A stretch of 64,000 nt of DNA, from the IMG/VR virus record IMGVR_UViG_3300043781_000069, positions 445 to 64,444 of that record; one strand, given 5' to 3'. Positions 9,381 to 19,386 of this stretch are shown one piece after another (position 1 is the first letter of the stretch; every line of letters begins with the position of its first letter). The notes beneath the pieces are model-generated. The model made no database searches. It saw nothing but the letters and a program-made list of their open reading frames with translations, and was not told where the DNA came from. The position numbers and the translations under genes were made by a program. This DNA comes from a virus (taxonomy: Duplodnaviria > Caudoviricetes).

Positions 9381-11351
9381 CTACTTTACCGCATACGAAA
9401 CCTGATCAGTAATATCACAAATTTCAGAAATCTTAGCAATGATAGCTAAAATCACTGTTGCTGAGAAGTTAGTTTCTACCACTGTTCCATTTTCCAATTT
9501 TTCTGGCGCATTCCCTGGCCTAAAGAGCATCCGGCTCAACTGGCGATTTTCTTTGATACGATCAAAGTTAAGGCTATCCTTATTCCAAATATCATTAAGG
9601 AAAGTAACTAGCATTTGACGCCAAGTTTTTACCGGATATTCATTTTCACTAATCGTGATTTGAACTGGTTTTTTACCAGTAACATCAGTGGTCTGATCAA
9701 TAGTATATTCACCAGTAACTTCTTCTTCATTAACCTCTTTGATATCAGGCATTGGGAAGATTTGGATTAACTCTTTCGTCAATTTTTCAGTTCGATCAAC
9801 GATAGAGTCTTTCCCCCACTTATCATATGTTTCTGCAACTTCCCGGGTAAGAGATACATTCGATTCCTTATAGAATTCTTTTTTCTCACTGTAAGGTTTG
9901 TTGCTCATTTCTTGGTTGTATTTCGTGAGAGTTAAATTTCCCAGCGTACCACCATATTGTTCCTTCACCTTGTCGGCATTAGTGACTTGAAGTCGCCATT
10001 CGGCATTGAGTCTTTGTGGCATAATGTGCTCAACCTGGGCATCATCAAAGTTTATTGTTTCCCTGGTCCGATATTCTTCTAGAACAACCAAAGATAATTT
10101 AGCCAGGTGATTCCTTTGATGATATAAATCTACTTCCATCAAGCCATTCGCTAATTTACGGTCATCAGGAAAATTAGCCTTGAGTAGTCTAAGTAGTCTG
10201 AGTCTTAAATTACCTGCTTCCTTGGATAGATCACATAGTCCTACAACAATTTTATTTAGCCCATTGGTTGGCATTTGGCATGCTTTCAACCGGAATAAAT
10301 AACTTTCTAGAATATGCGCCAGCTTATTGGCTTCCTCCTGATCGGTTTCACCTGTATCAACTAAATCCATTAACAGCATCAAATAAGGAAATACAACCTT
10401 GCTATCCATTACGTTGATATGCTCTAAGATTTTGTTAAAGACATCATCATCGGATTTATAATTTAGAATCTGATCATAGTAGGTAGCAAACTTAAACAGA
10501 TCAGCCAAAGCATCTTCCGAACTTAATCCTTGAGAGATGAAATAGTCCTTGTAGCTGTTATAAACACCATTTCTTTTAACAGACACATGCGTTTTTACAA
10601 CTAGATAATGTCGGATGAATTCAGCAAAAGTCTTAGTTGCAAACATCCGCTCTATCTTAACCCAGTATTTTTTATAAAGGTCCGACTGCTCCTGCGAATC
10701 TAGTTTCATTAAAAGAAAGTTTCGCACTAGATCCGAGGATGAGAGTGAAACCCCAGTTGAGTTTAAACTTTCAAAAATGACTTGCGGATTTTCTTCATTA
10801 GGATCACTACTTAACTCAATATAAACCATGTTGAAGTGATTCATTGCTTCATACAATTTAGAACTATCAATGTCTGAATTACTAATCAATTTTTGAAACA
10901 GTCGATAGTTATCGATGACTTTTGACGGCTGATCGTAATCAGCCATTTCATTCATAACAGATTCAAATGCTTCATAGTCATGCTCGACCGGCTTTAACTT
11001 AAGGTGATTATTATCATCAAGATATTTATTGGTTAAATATTCTTCCTCAATTTCAGCGTGGTCTTGTTTATCAGCATCTGATAATGCCTTTAGTAGCAGA
11101 GTCAAACTAGTTAAACGTTGCTGTCCATCAATGATGCGATAGATATGACTCATCTTATTTCCAGTTTCAGTAACATAAACAATCGCGCCTATAAAATGAT
11201 CAGTATCGTTTTGTGCAGCTATCGTTAAATCCTTAAAAAGCTGCTCACACTGTGCTTTATCCCATTCATAATTTCGCTGAAAAACAGGGATTTCAAAAAT
11301 AGTTTTCCCACTTCCTAGGAAATCAAACAGATGGATACTATCAGCTTTCAT
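9381..11351 (-). CDS. GmrSD-type (DUF262 + DUF1524 HNH) modification-dependent restriction protein with extra C-terminal domain
   Basis: IPVFQRNYEW, IIDGQQRLTS, FESLN; VEHIMPQ..LGNLTL..N..MSN. Confidence 0.88.
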   Translation of the reverse strand: MKADSIHLFDFLGSGKTIFEIPVFQRNYEWDKAQCEQLFKDLTIAAQNDTDHFIGAIVYVTETGNKMSHIYRIIDGQQRLTSLTLLLKALSDADKQDHAEIEEEYLTNKYLDDNNHLKLKPVEHDYEAFESVMNEMADYDQPSKVIDNYRLFQKLISNSDIDSSKLYEAMNHFNMVYIELSSDPNEENPQVIFESLNSTGVSLSSSDLVRNFLLMKLDSQEQSDLYKKYWVKIERMFATKTFAEFIRHYLVVKTHVSVKRNGVYNSYKDYFISQGLSSEDALADLFKFATYYDQILNYKSDDDVFNKILEHINVMDSKVVFPYLMLLMDLVDTGETDQEEANKLAHILESYLFRLKACQMPTNGLNKIVVGLCDLSKEAGNLRLRLLRLLKANFPDDRKLANGLMEVDLYHQRNHLAKLSLVVLEEYRTRETINFDDAQVEHIMPQRLNAEWRLQVTNADKVKEQYGGTLGNLTLTKYNQEMSNKPYSEKKEFYKESNVSLTREVAETYDKWGKDSIVDRTEKLTKELIQIFPMPDIKEVNEEEVTGEYTIDQTTDVTGKKPVQITISENEYPVKTWRQMLVTFLNDIWNKDSLNFDRIKENRQLSRMLFRPGNAPEKLENGTVVETNFSATVILAIIAKISEICDITDQVSYAVK

Positions 11352-11354
11352 CTA

Positions 11355-14300
11355 TTATTCCTCCCCAAATTCTCGTTGGACGACTTCCTGCAAAGTACCT
11401 TCTTGGGCATATTTAGCAGCATCAATTTGCTTAAAGTGCTTTTCCATCAAGGAATCCTTTATTTCTTTATCAAAGCCAAAAATATAGTTAGTAGCGATCA
11501 GATAAATAATCCGCGTTGGTGCAAATCCATAAACCTGATGCTCCATAATATGCCTAATTCGTTCATGATCATCAGGGAAAAGTTGCTTCATCTTCTCGCT
11601 TCGGAAGAGACGCTTTACAATCTCGGTGATATATAATCCAGATTTCATGTAAAGGTCAGCAAAAGTCTTATCTGGATCATCAAAGATCCCTGGATTATTT
11701 GTTTCAAGATCATCCACCATATGTTTAACAACTGCTTTTGGTGTAAAAATCTGATTGGTCTTTTGAGGTGGGATGTAATCGAAAATATCCTCTTTGCTAC
11801 TATCATCGAAATAGTTACTTAATTGCTCCATCTTCTCCAGGAATTGTTGAATAGAGTCGTTAAAGACATCCTTGTCAAATAAGTGACCATCAAAATGTTT
11901 CTTTTCATTAGTGTTGGCATCAACATAGTCACCACCATCACGTAAGAAACGGAATTGATCCTCAGTGATACCTGTCACTTCTTTGAACACATCGTCCTCA
12001 GTGTAGTCATCAAAATTCTGAAGTGTCAGATTTTTATCACCATAGGCCATGATAAAACTAGGAATTGTACGAGAAAAGCCACGCAGGTGTGCCCGAGCGT
12101 CCTCTTCAACGTTGTTCAACTTCTTTTGTTCTTCGTTCTTCTCAACACGTTCAACTACTTTAGCCGGAACATCTTCAATAGTCTGTTTTACGTGGTCTTG
12201 CACTCTTTTACCAAAATCATCCACAATATTTTGAACAGTGGTTTCGTATTTTACCTTGGCTTCGTTAAGTTCTGCTTGGTCACGTGCAGCATCTTGTTCC
12301 TTCTTATAATTAACTTCGGCTACTTTCTTCTGATCGTTAAGTTCGTCAGCAATCTTATTTAGAGCCTGTTCATTTTCTTTCTCAATCCGTTGCTGTTGCT
12401 TTTTAGCTTCTCTCTTTGACAAACCATAATCGTTAGCGACTCTGTTAACAACTTCTTTATTTAAGGAGTCATTAACCTTCTTAGAAATAGACTTAGCAGC
12501 TGACTTAAAATCAGTGCTATCCGTATCAGATACTGAATAAACCAATTGATTTCCTAAATCAGAGTAAACCTTATCACCAAAAAGCTCCTTCGATTTGCCA
12601 ATTACCCTTTCCTTAGGAATTTCAACTTCACCATCGTCATTAACAGAAACTTCTTCTGCACCTTCGATGGCATCTTCATCACTTTTCTTAGCTTTACCCT
12701 CTTTAGCAGCTACTAAGCCATTCAAAATTTCACGTACTTCTGCAGGTGCTGCAAAGATTCGAGAAATATTGGTAAATAGGAAATTACTCATAAAGCCACG
12801 TTTAACAACTTCTTGTGACTTTAGCTGACGAGGAATAGACATTACTTGCTTAGCATCAAGTTCAACCATCTTCCCATTGTCATCTTCACCGATAACTGGG
12901 AAAAAATTCAGTAGTTTACGAATGTTCGTTTCATGCTCAGCAGCGGTCCCTTTGCCATTTGAAGTTTCAGCCATTAAGTCATTAGCAAATTCGTCAAAGA
13001 TAGTCAGTGTCCGTGTTGGGTCAAAATCAAAAACATAGGCATTTTCTTTTTGTATTAACTCGCCATTACGCTCAAAAGTATATGGATTTTGTGCTCTAAA
13101 GGCAGCCTGCATGTACTCGGCGGGACTCTTCATACTGGAAAGCATCAAAACGGCCGACCAAGGTTTAACTGTTACACCAGTAGTCAGTTGGCCCACGCTT
13201 AAAGTGATAGTTTTATCGTATTCTTTAGTTGCTTTTTGAACTTTATCAAAGGCTTTCTCATTGGCCTTATCAAGTTGATCATCATTTAATTGGTCATCAT
13301 CAAGTTTGCCATCACCTGCCGCAAGAATAATATGATAATGTTTAAAAACAGGATGCTGCTTCAGTTTCTTTGCCAGAGCTTTAGCACTATCTACTCGGTT
13401 AAGCAGCCAAAAAGTATGTGCAAGTTCTGTTCTTAATTCTGGAGTTGAGAATGGGTATTTTTCTCCAGTAGTTAATGTATCAAGAAAATGATCCACTGCT
13501 TTATCGTAAACAAATTTATCATTCTGCGTTTTGAAAAATTCATTTAAATCAAATGCTGGATCTGCTTTGTCACCATTGTCTAAATCAACACCCTGTTTTA
13601 AAGTGTCTGCTATCATTTCTGATAATTGGTAAGTAAACATGTTTAAGCGTGGCATTACGGCATATGGATTGCTACCACCTTCAGCATCTTCATTCCAATC
13701 GGCTTTGGCTTGTTGTTCATCAGCATAAGACCAGTTGTAGATTTGATCTGCAGCAAATTTACCTTTGGCTAGGGCCTTAAACGGTGTACCAGTAAGATGA
13801 AGTGTATACTTACGTTTGATTTTGTCGAATGCCTTATCCGTCTTATAAGTATCCACACCTTCATGGGCCTCATCAATGATCAATAAATCCCAGTTAAGAT
13901 CTTCAATCCACTTTAATTTGTCGTATTCTCCACCAAAGTAAACCGAACCTTTTAACCCTTGAAGACTCTCAAAAACAACCTGACCATAATCATTGCCATC
14001 AGAAATGGAATCAATAAATTCCTGACGAGAAAGTACTGGCTTATCTTTTAAGGCATCCGTTTCACTAACGAATTTAAGATTAGTTTGCCAGGCAATAAAT
14101 TTGTCAAAATCATCAAACCAGGAGTTTGCAATACTAGGCCGATTTGTAACTACCAGTACATTCTGCATCTGCATCTTACGGATTAAGTCATAAGTAGTGA
14201 GTGTCTTACCAAACCGTGGCTTAGCATTCCACAAGAATTCGCTGCCTTCACCATTTTTAAGAAAGTAAGCAATTGTTTGATCAACTGCCTTTTGCTGTTC

Positions 14301-14699
14301 TTTACGAAGCTCATACTGAACATGCTTATCATTACCTTGAACATTCCCATAATCACGGTCAGCAAATTCGTGAAAGTAATGATGTGAAGTTGGACCATCA
14401 ATGTGAAACCACTCTGTCCTAGGTTTCCGTTCAATCTGCTTTTTCTGGGTTAAGTAATCATGAAAATCATGGTCGGTAAAGGTTTCATCGGACCCATCTT
14501 CATATCGAGCATTGCCACGCCATAACAATTTAACTTTGGCATCAACGGTATGGCTCTGTTGCTTAATTCGATCTTCAACAGATTGTGATGCAGTGTAACC
14601 TATCTTAGTCCATCCATTATGTGAAATATCGTTAGGAGTGGTGTAGGCATAAATCATTGGAATGATTCGTTTGAATGATTTAATTTTAGGCATTGCCAT
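11355..14699 (-). CDS. Restriction subunit: GIY-YIG/T5orf172 nuclease + SF2 helicase + coiled coil + degenerate MTase-like C-terminal domain
   Basis: IYAY..KIGYT..VEDRIKQ; AKPRFGKT, IIDEAH, LTGTP, QAAFRAQ; QIFTPKAVVKHMVDDL..FADLYMKSGLY. Confidence 0.8.
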   Translation of the reverse strand: MAMPKIKSFKRIIPMIYAYTTPNDISHNGWTKIGYTASQSVEDRIKQQSHTVDAKVKLLWRGNARYEDGSDETFTDHDFHDYLTQKKQIERKPRTEWFHIDGPTSHHYFHEFADRDYGNVQGNDKHVQYELRKEQQKAVDQTIAYFLKNGEGSEFLWNAKPRFGKTLTTYDLIRKMQMQNVLVVTNRPSIANSWFDDFDKFIAWQTNLKFVSETDALKDKPVLSRQEFIDSISDGNDYGQVVFESLQGLKGSVYFGGEYDKLKWIEDLNWDLLIIDEAHEGVDTYKTDKAFDKIKRKYTLHLTGTPFKALAKGKFAADQIYNWSYADEQQAKADWNEDAEGGSNPYAVMPRLNMFTYQLSEMIADTLKQGVDLDNGDKADPAFDLNEFFKTQNDKFVYDKAVDHFLDTLTTGEKYPFSTPELRTELAHTFWLLNRVDSAKALAKKLKQHPVFKHYHIILAAGDGKLDDDQLNDDQLDKANEKAFDKVQKATKEYDKTITLSVGQLTTGVTVKPWSAVLMLSSMKSPAEYMQAAFRAQNPYTFERNGELIQKENAYVFDFDPTRTLTIFDEFANDLMAETSNGKGTAAEHETNIRKLLNFFPVIGEDDNGKMVELDAKQVMSIPRQLKSQEVVKRGFMSNFLFTNISRIFAAPAEVREILNGLVAAKEGKAKKSDEDAIEGAEEVSVNDDGEVEIPKERVIGKSKELFGDKVYSDLGNQLVYSVSDTDSTDFKSAAKSISKKVNDSLNKEVVNRVANDYGLSKREAKKQQQRIEKENEQALNKIADELNDQKKVAEVNYKKEQDAARDQAELNEAKVKYETTVQNIVDDFGKRVQDHVKQTIEDVPAKVVERVEKNEEQKKLNNVEEDARAHLRGFSRTIPSFIMAYGDKNLTLQNFDDYTEDDVFKEVTGITEDQFRFLRDGGDYVDANTNEKKHFDGHLFDKDVFNDSIQQFLEKMEQLSNYFDDSSKEDIFDYIPPQKTNQIFTPKAVVKHMVDDLETNNPGIFDDPDKTFADLYMKSGLYITEIVKRLFRSEKMKQLFPDDHERIRHIMEHQVYGFAPTRIIYLIATNYIFGFDKEIKDSLMEKHFKQIDAAKYAQEGTLQEVVQREFGEE

Positions 14700-14702
14700 T
14701 GT

Positions 14703-15755
14703 CTAGTCCATCTCCTTTACTTTGGTTTCAATAAAATTGATTTCTTCCTGGTTTAATCCATATTTCTTGTACAGTTGCTGATCAATATCATGAACGGATT
14801 TTGACCAATCTATATCAGAATGTTGGGTAAAGTCTTGCAATGGAATATTAACCCAAGTGCGTTTCTTATTATCCTGCGTTACTTTCAGCGTACCTAGCAT
14901 CGCTCGTGCAAATTTCGACTTAATATATTTCATAGCCGCTTTCGTACAATTTATATCTTGAAAGTTACCAATTGTAATAAATGTTTGAGTTCCCCCGATT
15001 AGGGGTTCCCCGATTAGGGGTTCCCCGATTAGGGGTGTGGTTAAAACCTCTCCAAGTGCACCGCTACCATTTGATTTAGGAACTAAAATTTTGTAATTTT
15101 CCAGATTATCCGGTCCCTTAACATACTTACTCTTGATCCATTTTAACGTTCTTCGATTATTTTGCCGACCGTATAATCCTACATATTGCTCTGAACTACC
15201 AGAAGGCTTTACATTTTGAAAAATATCACCTAATTTATCAAAAATGTTAGTAGTAATATCAAATTTATGTCCCTTACTTAATCGCGACCCTATATCTGGA
15301 AAATCGTCATGTAATTTTTGGGTAAGCTTATAGCTTTCTGGCGCATAAATAAGTTCACTAAATGATTTAAAATTGCTTGTTTTTACTTTTTTTAGTATAG
15401 AATTTAATTCTGCATAGGGTGTAAATGTACCAATTGCGCCAAAACTCGAATCTACATCTCGATATGTAACACAAACTCCACCTTTAATATCTGTATTACT
15501 AAAAACTTTACTACTATCCTGCTCGAAAAAAAGTACTTTTAAATGAGGATCTTTTAACATCTTCTCATTCCATTTTTTGGGCGTTTTTCCTGCATTAGAT
15601 AAGAATTTAGCGGGTGTTATTAGCTCAACCTTTTTTCCAATTTTATAGGCCTGATCCATAAAATATGGAAAAATCTGTTTATCACTAGTTCCCTCAACTT
15701 CTTCTTGATATGGTGGATTACCAATTACAACATCAAATTTAAATTCTTTACTCAT
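14703..15755 (-). CDS. Eco57I-like adenine methyltransferase catalytic half plus target-recognition domain
   Basis: FDVVIGNPPY (motif IV) at N-terminus; no motif I. Confidence 0.85.
   Translation of the reverse strand: MSKEFKFDVVIGNPPYQEEVEGTSDKQIFPYFMDQAYKIGKKVELITPAKFLSNAGKTPKKWNEKMLKDPHLKVLFFEQDSSKVFSNTDIKGGVCVTYRDVDSSFGAIGTFTPYAELNSILKKVKTSNFKSFSELIYAPESYKLTQKLHDDFPDIGSRLSKGHKFDITTNIFDKLGDIFQNVKPSGSSEQYVGLYGRQNNRRTLKWIKSKYVKGPDNLENYKILVPKSNGSGALGEVLTTPLIGEPLIGEPLIGGTQTFITIGNFQDINCTKAAMKYIKSKFARAMLGTLKVTQDNKKRTWVNIPLQDFTQHSDIDWSKSVHDIDQQLYKKYGLNQEEINFIETKVKEMD
14993..15036. repeat. In-frame 15-bp tandem repeat x3 (PLIGE)
   Basis: CCCCGATTAGGGGTT twice plus a 14-bp third copy. Confidence 0.95.
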
Positions 15756-15758
15756 TTT

Positions 15759-16496
15759 CTATCCCATCCTAAATACTTTAGTAATAATAATTTTCTGCTT
15801 ACTCGTATCATCACTATTTTCTAAGTCATCAAATAGACTTAATTGACCTTCATTAGCGCCTATATCATTTGCATCACTATTATTGAACAATGATTTAAAA
15901 GTAAAAATCTCTCGTTCAACTTTTGATCCAGACGGAATCCAGTTGCTAAAAGTAATTAACTTTCCATCATCATTTCTATAGGTAAGTGTATTACCCTGGA
16001 CGATATTTAAATTGATTACATATTTTGCTGATTTATAAATATCAGTTTTTGAACTCAAACTTTTCTGCATAAAGGCTTGATAATGATTGACAAAAATATT
16101 CATCATTGCTTCTTTTGATCGAGCTAAATTATCTTTCAACAATTCAATAGCGTAAATGCTCATTAATGACCATAATGCGTTGCTTTTCCAAGTTGTTTTA
16201 TTAGAAATTTGGTCTACATAGTTCAGCTTCTGATGTAGGATTTCTTTCAAGAAAGCACCCTCACCTGCACTAGGTTCAAAAAAAGTGGCATGCAGATCAT
16301 GAAGCTTTTCTTGAATAGCCGGTTCAGACAGCATCTTTTTCACCATCCATTTAGGGGTAAAAACTTCACCATGATGTTGAACTCGTTCCTTAGACTTAAT
16401 TAGGTGACCATCATCACCTATTGCTTTTAATTCAAATTTTTTATGATCGGTTTCAAATTTTTGATCATCGAAAAGGCTTATTTCTTCCTTGCTCAT
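15759..16496 (-). CDS. Methyltransferase N-terminal (SAM-binding) half
   Basis: HGEVFTPKWMV, FFEPSAGEGAF (motif I), IYAIEL, IVQGNTL; no NPPY. Confidence 0.85.
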   Translation of the reverse strand: MSKEEISLFDDQKFETDHKKFELKAIGDDGHLIKSKERVQHHGEVFTPKWMVKKMLSEPAIQEKLHDLHATFFEPSAGEGAFLKEILHQKLNYVDQISNKTTWKSNALWSLMSIYAIELLKDNLARSKEAMMNIFVNHYQAFMQKSLSSKTDIYKSAKYVINLNIVQGNTLTYRNDDGKLITFSNWIPSGSKVEREIFTFKSLFNNSDANDIGANEGQLSLFDDLENSDDTSKQKIIITKVFRMG

Positions 16497-16539
16497 TTTA
16501 AATAAATGTCACCTCTATCCTCCTGTATTATTCCTTCTG

Positions 16540-16758
16540 TTACTTTCGTACGATCTCCATAATGTCACTAATATCGCAGTCTAAGGCCTTACAAACCTTT
16601 AGTAATACCTCAATCGTAACATTACCATTCCTACCCAACTTAGCAATTGAAGCGGCACTAACTCCACTAGCCTGTTGTAGATCTTTCTTTTTCATGCCAC
16701 GATCAATTAATAGCTTCCATAATTTGTTGTAACTGATGCTTAAGTTTTCGTTATTCAT
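16540..16758 (-). CDS. Xre/Cro-C1 HTH regulator (possible R-M controller)
   Basis: ISYNKLWKLLIDRGMKKKDL..LLKVCKALDCDISDIME. Confidence 0.9.
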   Translation of the reverse strand: MNNENLSISYNKLWKLLIDRGMKKKDLQQASGVSAASIAKLGRNGNVTIEVLLKVCKALDCDISDIMEIVRK

Positions 16759-16769
16759 GATTACTTCCT

Positions 16770-19382
16770 CTAAATAAAAATTTCTGGAACGTTTATTTCA
16801 ATTTCCTTAGTCTCACTAACAGCATCAAGATCGTTCGCTTTTAAAATATTCTTGGAGACAAAGTAATTATTATCGGTTTGAATGATAAATTCATCTTTAT
16901 TGTCTTCTATATATTCTGAGGATTCTCTGGAATAACCATTCTGCTGTAACCAAATCCGTAAGTCACTATCTGTTCCATACTCCATGAAACGATACCAGTC
17001 ATTCTGAGGTGGCATTCCACTCTTAGTTAACTCCTGGGTAACTTTCAAGAAATATTTACCTAATACAAACTGAAGATTTTGCAATCTTTTCATCACTAAA
17101 TTAATGGTTATAGTCTCCCAGTCAATATTAGGGGTATTCTCATGGTATTGCCTTACCCTATTAAGAAATCTTGTATCTCCACGCTCAGGATCACGGATTT
17201 GAATTGCAAAGTCGCAAATCCGTTGCAGGCTGTACCCACTCATCCAAAGTAAGGCTATTTTAGCGTCATCCTCGATGACCTTATCTTGAGTTTCCTTGTC
17301 TTGTTTTGACTTAACAAAGTCGGATTCATAAATAGCCCAGTTAAATATTTCTGATAGTTTGAGTAAAAAAGCTTTGGCTTCTGGCCACCTCAATTTTTCC
17401 CCATCATGAATATTAGGATATCCTTTAATATTTTCCTGACTAATCTTGTTTCTAAGACTTTCAGACTGATCAGAAGAGAAGTTAATATCATCCTCTAATT
17501 CGTCAACATATCGTTCTTGTAAGGATTGTAAAATTTTTCGTTCTTCTTTGTAGGTTATATGTTTTGCTAAATGGGTTCTAACTACTCCATGATGATGATT
17601 CCGTAATTCCTTGACATAAAGTAATGATAATTTACGAATTAAATCATAGTTCTTATCTTTTTCAATGTTATCTAAACGCACATCGCCTTTCTCTAGGCTC
17701 TTCTTAATTGCTGCCGCTTGCTTAGGCTTAATAACATCAACAGATAACTTAGCTTTTTTTAGTCTGTTATTCATCCTAGATAAATAAGCAGCACGGTTGC
17801 TATGCGAATTCGCTGTATCGCCAGTAATTAGAAAGACATTTCCTAGCATGGAGTGACCTAACCTACCCACTCGACCAATTAAGTTCAAGAAGTCTAATTG
17901 ACTGAGCGTCCTTTTTCCGTTTTGCAGCGTAGTAACGAAAATATTATCAGCCGGCAAATTTACTCCCTCCAGTAGGGTGCTGGTGCAGAAAATCAGCTTT
18001 AAGATTCCTTGCCGACAGGCTTCCTCGATTCTAATGCGAACATCAACCGGCAATTCTCCAGTGTGGAAGGCTATTCCTTTTCTAACTAGTTTTACCAAGA
18101 TGTATTTAGGGTGAATTTTACGTGAAATATAATCAGCTAACTCTATCAACCTTGGATCGTTACTTTCTTCCATTGAACGACTAACAACCACAGCATCTGA
18201 AATAGCATTTACTTTTGAACCGTAATAAACCAAATTGCAATTACTATTCCCTAAAACTCTCATCATCTTCCGAATAATATCTGGTACTGACGGAGTTTCC
18301 TTAAATGTACCTATCGGAATAGTATTTTGATTCAAATCATCATATATTTCTGCTTTATTAGCGGAGCGATCAAAGATGATTTTCACCTGGGTTACTGGGG
18401 ATTCGACAATGCGAAGGCCATCATTCGATGCGGCTGTTTGTACTAACTTTTTAAATATTCCTGGATTTGGAATCAATGGTGAGGCAAAGGTTACCTTCGG
18501 TCGATTTTTCCATGCACTAACCCTGTCAAATATTTCATAGTAAAAGACACTACGCGAACTTGCTTCTGTAACTTTTTGAGACTCATCAATAAACAGGTGT
18601 ATTAACCGTGCTTCTGAATATTGTATTAAAAGGGCTAATAGGCGTTCAGGAGTCATTACGCAAATATAGCTTCCCTCGTAATCTAATCTGTACTCTTCAG
18701 GATGAGAAATGACTCGATATTGTTTTTCGCCTAATTTTGCCCCTAAATCCTTAATAAGCTGAACCTTTACTTCGGTAATAAGTGCTTTGCTTGGTACAGT
18801 GATCGCAAAGTTGCCTACGACACCCTCCTTCACTTGAAGCTCAATATACTTCTCAATTAAAAAGGTCTTCCCCATCGATGTTGGAGCTGAAAAACTAGTA
18901 AGTTCATTGCTCAAAGACTTAAAAATTATATCTTGCTTACCGATAAACGACTTACTTTCTTCTCCAGGAATCTGGCGTTTCTCTTTTTGATAGTTTACCA
19001 CGGCTTCGTTCCATAACTGCTCAATTGTTGGAACTAGCGTATAGCTTTGTCCTTGACGAGGCAAAAAGTTGTTAAAGCTGGTCAAAACTTCATTAGTAAT
19101 CAGTGCAACCTCGGGGTCGTCGGGATACATTTTGGATAGAGTAGCAACGATTTTCAAGGCAATATTTTTTTGCCTACTGTCTCCCTTTTTATTGATTGAT
19201 TTTGCTAGCAGATCGGCGAAGCGTAGAAGATCATGCTTCTGCTTACCTGTTAACTTCCAATCTAGATGAAATAGCCAATAGGTGTACCGTTTTGATAAAG
19301 TACCCACTAATTTGTGTAAGTAATCATCGTTTTTCAAATAATCATAAAGGTATTCACCCAATTTTTTCCCTTGGTTTGGCAT
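16770..19382 (-). CDS. hamB: Hachiman HamB-like SF2 (Ski2-type) helicase
   Basis: SAPTSMGKT, MTPER, IDESQK, CTSTLLEGVNLP, NLIGRVGR; follows DUF1837-like gene. Confidence 0.8.
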   Translation of the reverse strand: MPNQGKKLGEYLYDYLKNDDYLHKLVGTLSKRYTYWLFHLDWKLTGKQKHDLLRFADLLAKSINKKGDSRQKNIALKIVATLSKMYPDDPEVALITNEVLTSFNNFLPRQGQSYTLVPTIEQLWNEAVVNYQKEKRQIPGEESKSFIGKQDIIFKSLSNELTSFSAPTSMGKTFLIEKYIELQVKEGVVGNFAITVPSKALITEVKVQLIKDLGAKLGEKQYRVISHPEEYRLDYEGSYICVMTPERLLALLIQYSEARLIHLFIDESQKVTEASSRSVFYYEIFDRVSAWKNRPKVTFASPLIPNPGIFKKLVQTAASNDGLRIVESPVTQVKIIFDRSANKAEIYDDLNQNTIPIGTFKETPSVPDIIRKMMRVLGNSNCNLVYYGSKVNAISDAVVVSRSMEESNDPRLIELADYISRKIHPKYILVKLVRKGIAFHTGELPVDVRIRIEEACRQGILKLIFCTSTLLEGVNLPADNIFVTTLQNGKRTLSQLDFLNLIGRVGRLGHSMLGNVFLITGDTANSHSNRAAYLSRMNNRLKKAKLSVDVIKPKQAAAIKKSLEKGDVRLDNIEKDKNYDLIRKLSLLYVKELRNHHHGVVRTHLAKHITYKEERKILQSLQERYVDELEDDINFSSDQSESLRNKISQENIKGYPNIHDGEKLRWPEAKAFLLKLSEIFNWAIYESDFVKSKQDKETQDKVIEDDAKIALLWMSGYSLQRICDFAIQIRDPERGDTRFLNRVRQYHENTPNIDWETITINLVMKRLQNLQFVLGKYFLKVTQELTKSGMPPQNDWYRFMEYGTDSDLRIWLQQNGYSRESSEYIEDNKDEFIIQTDNNYFVSKNILKANDLDAVSETKEIEINVPEIFI

Positions 19383-19386
19383 GCTC

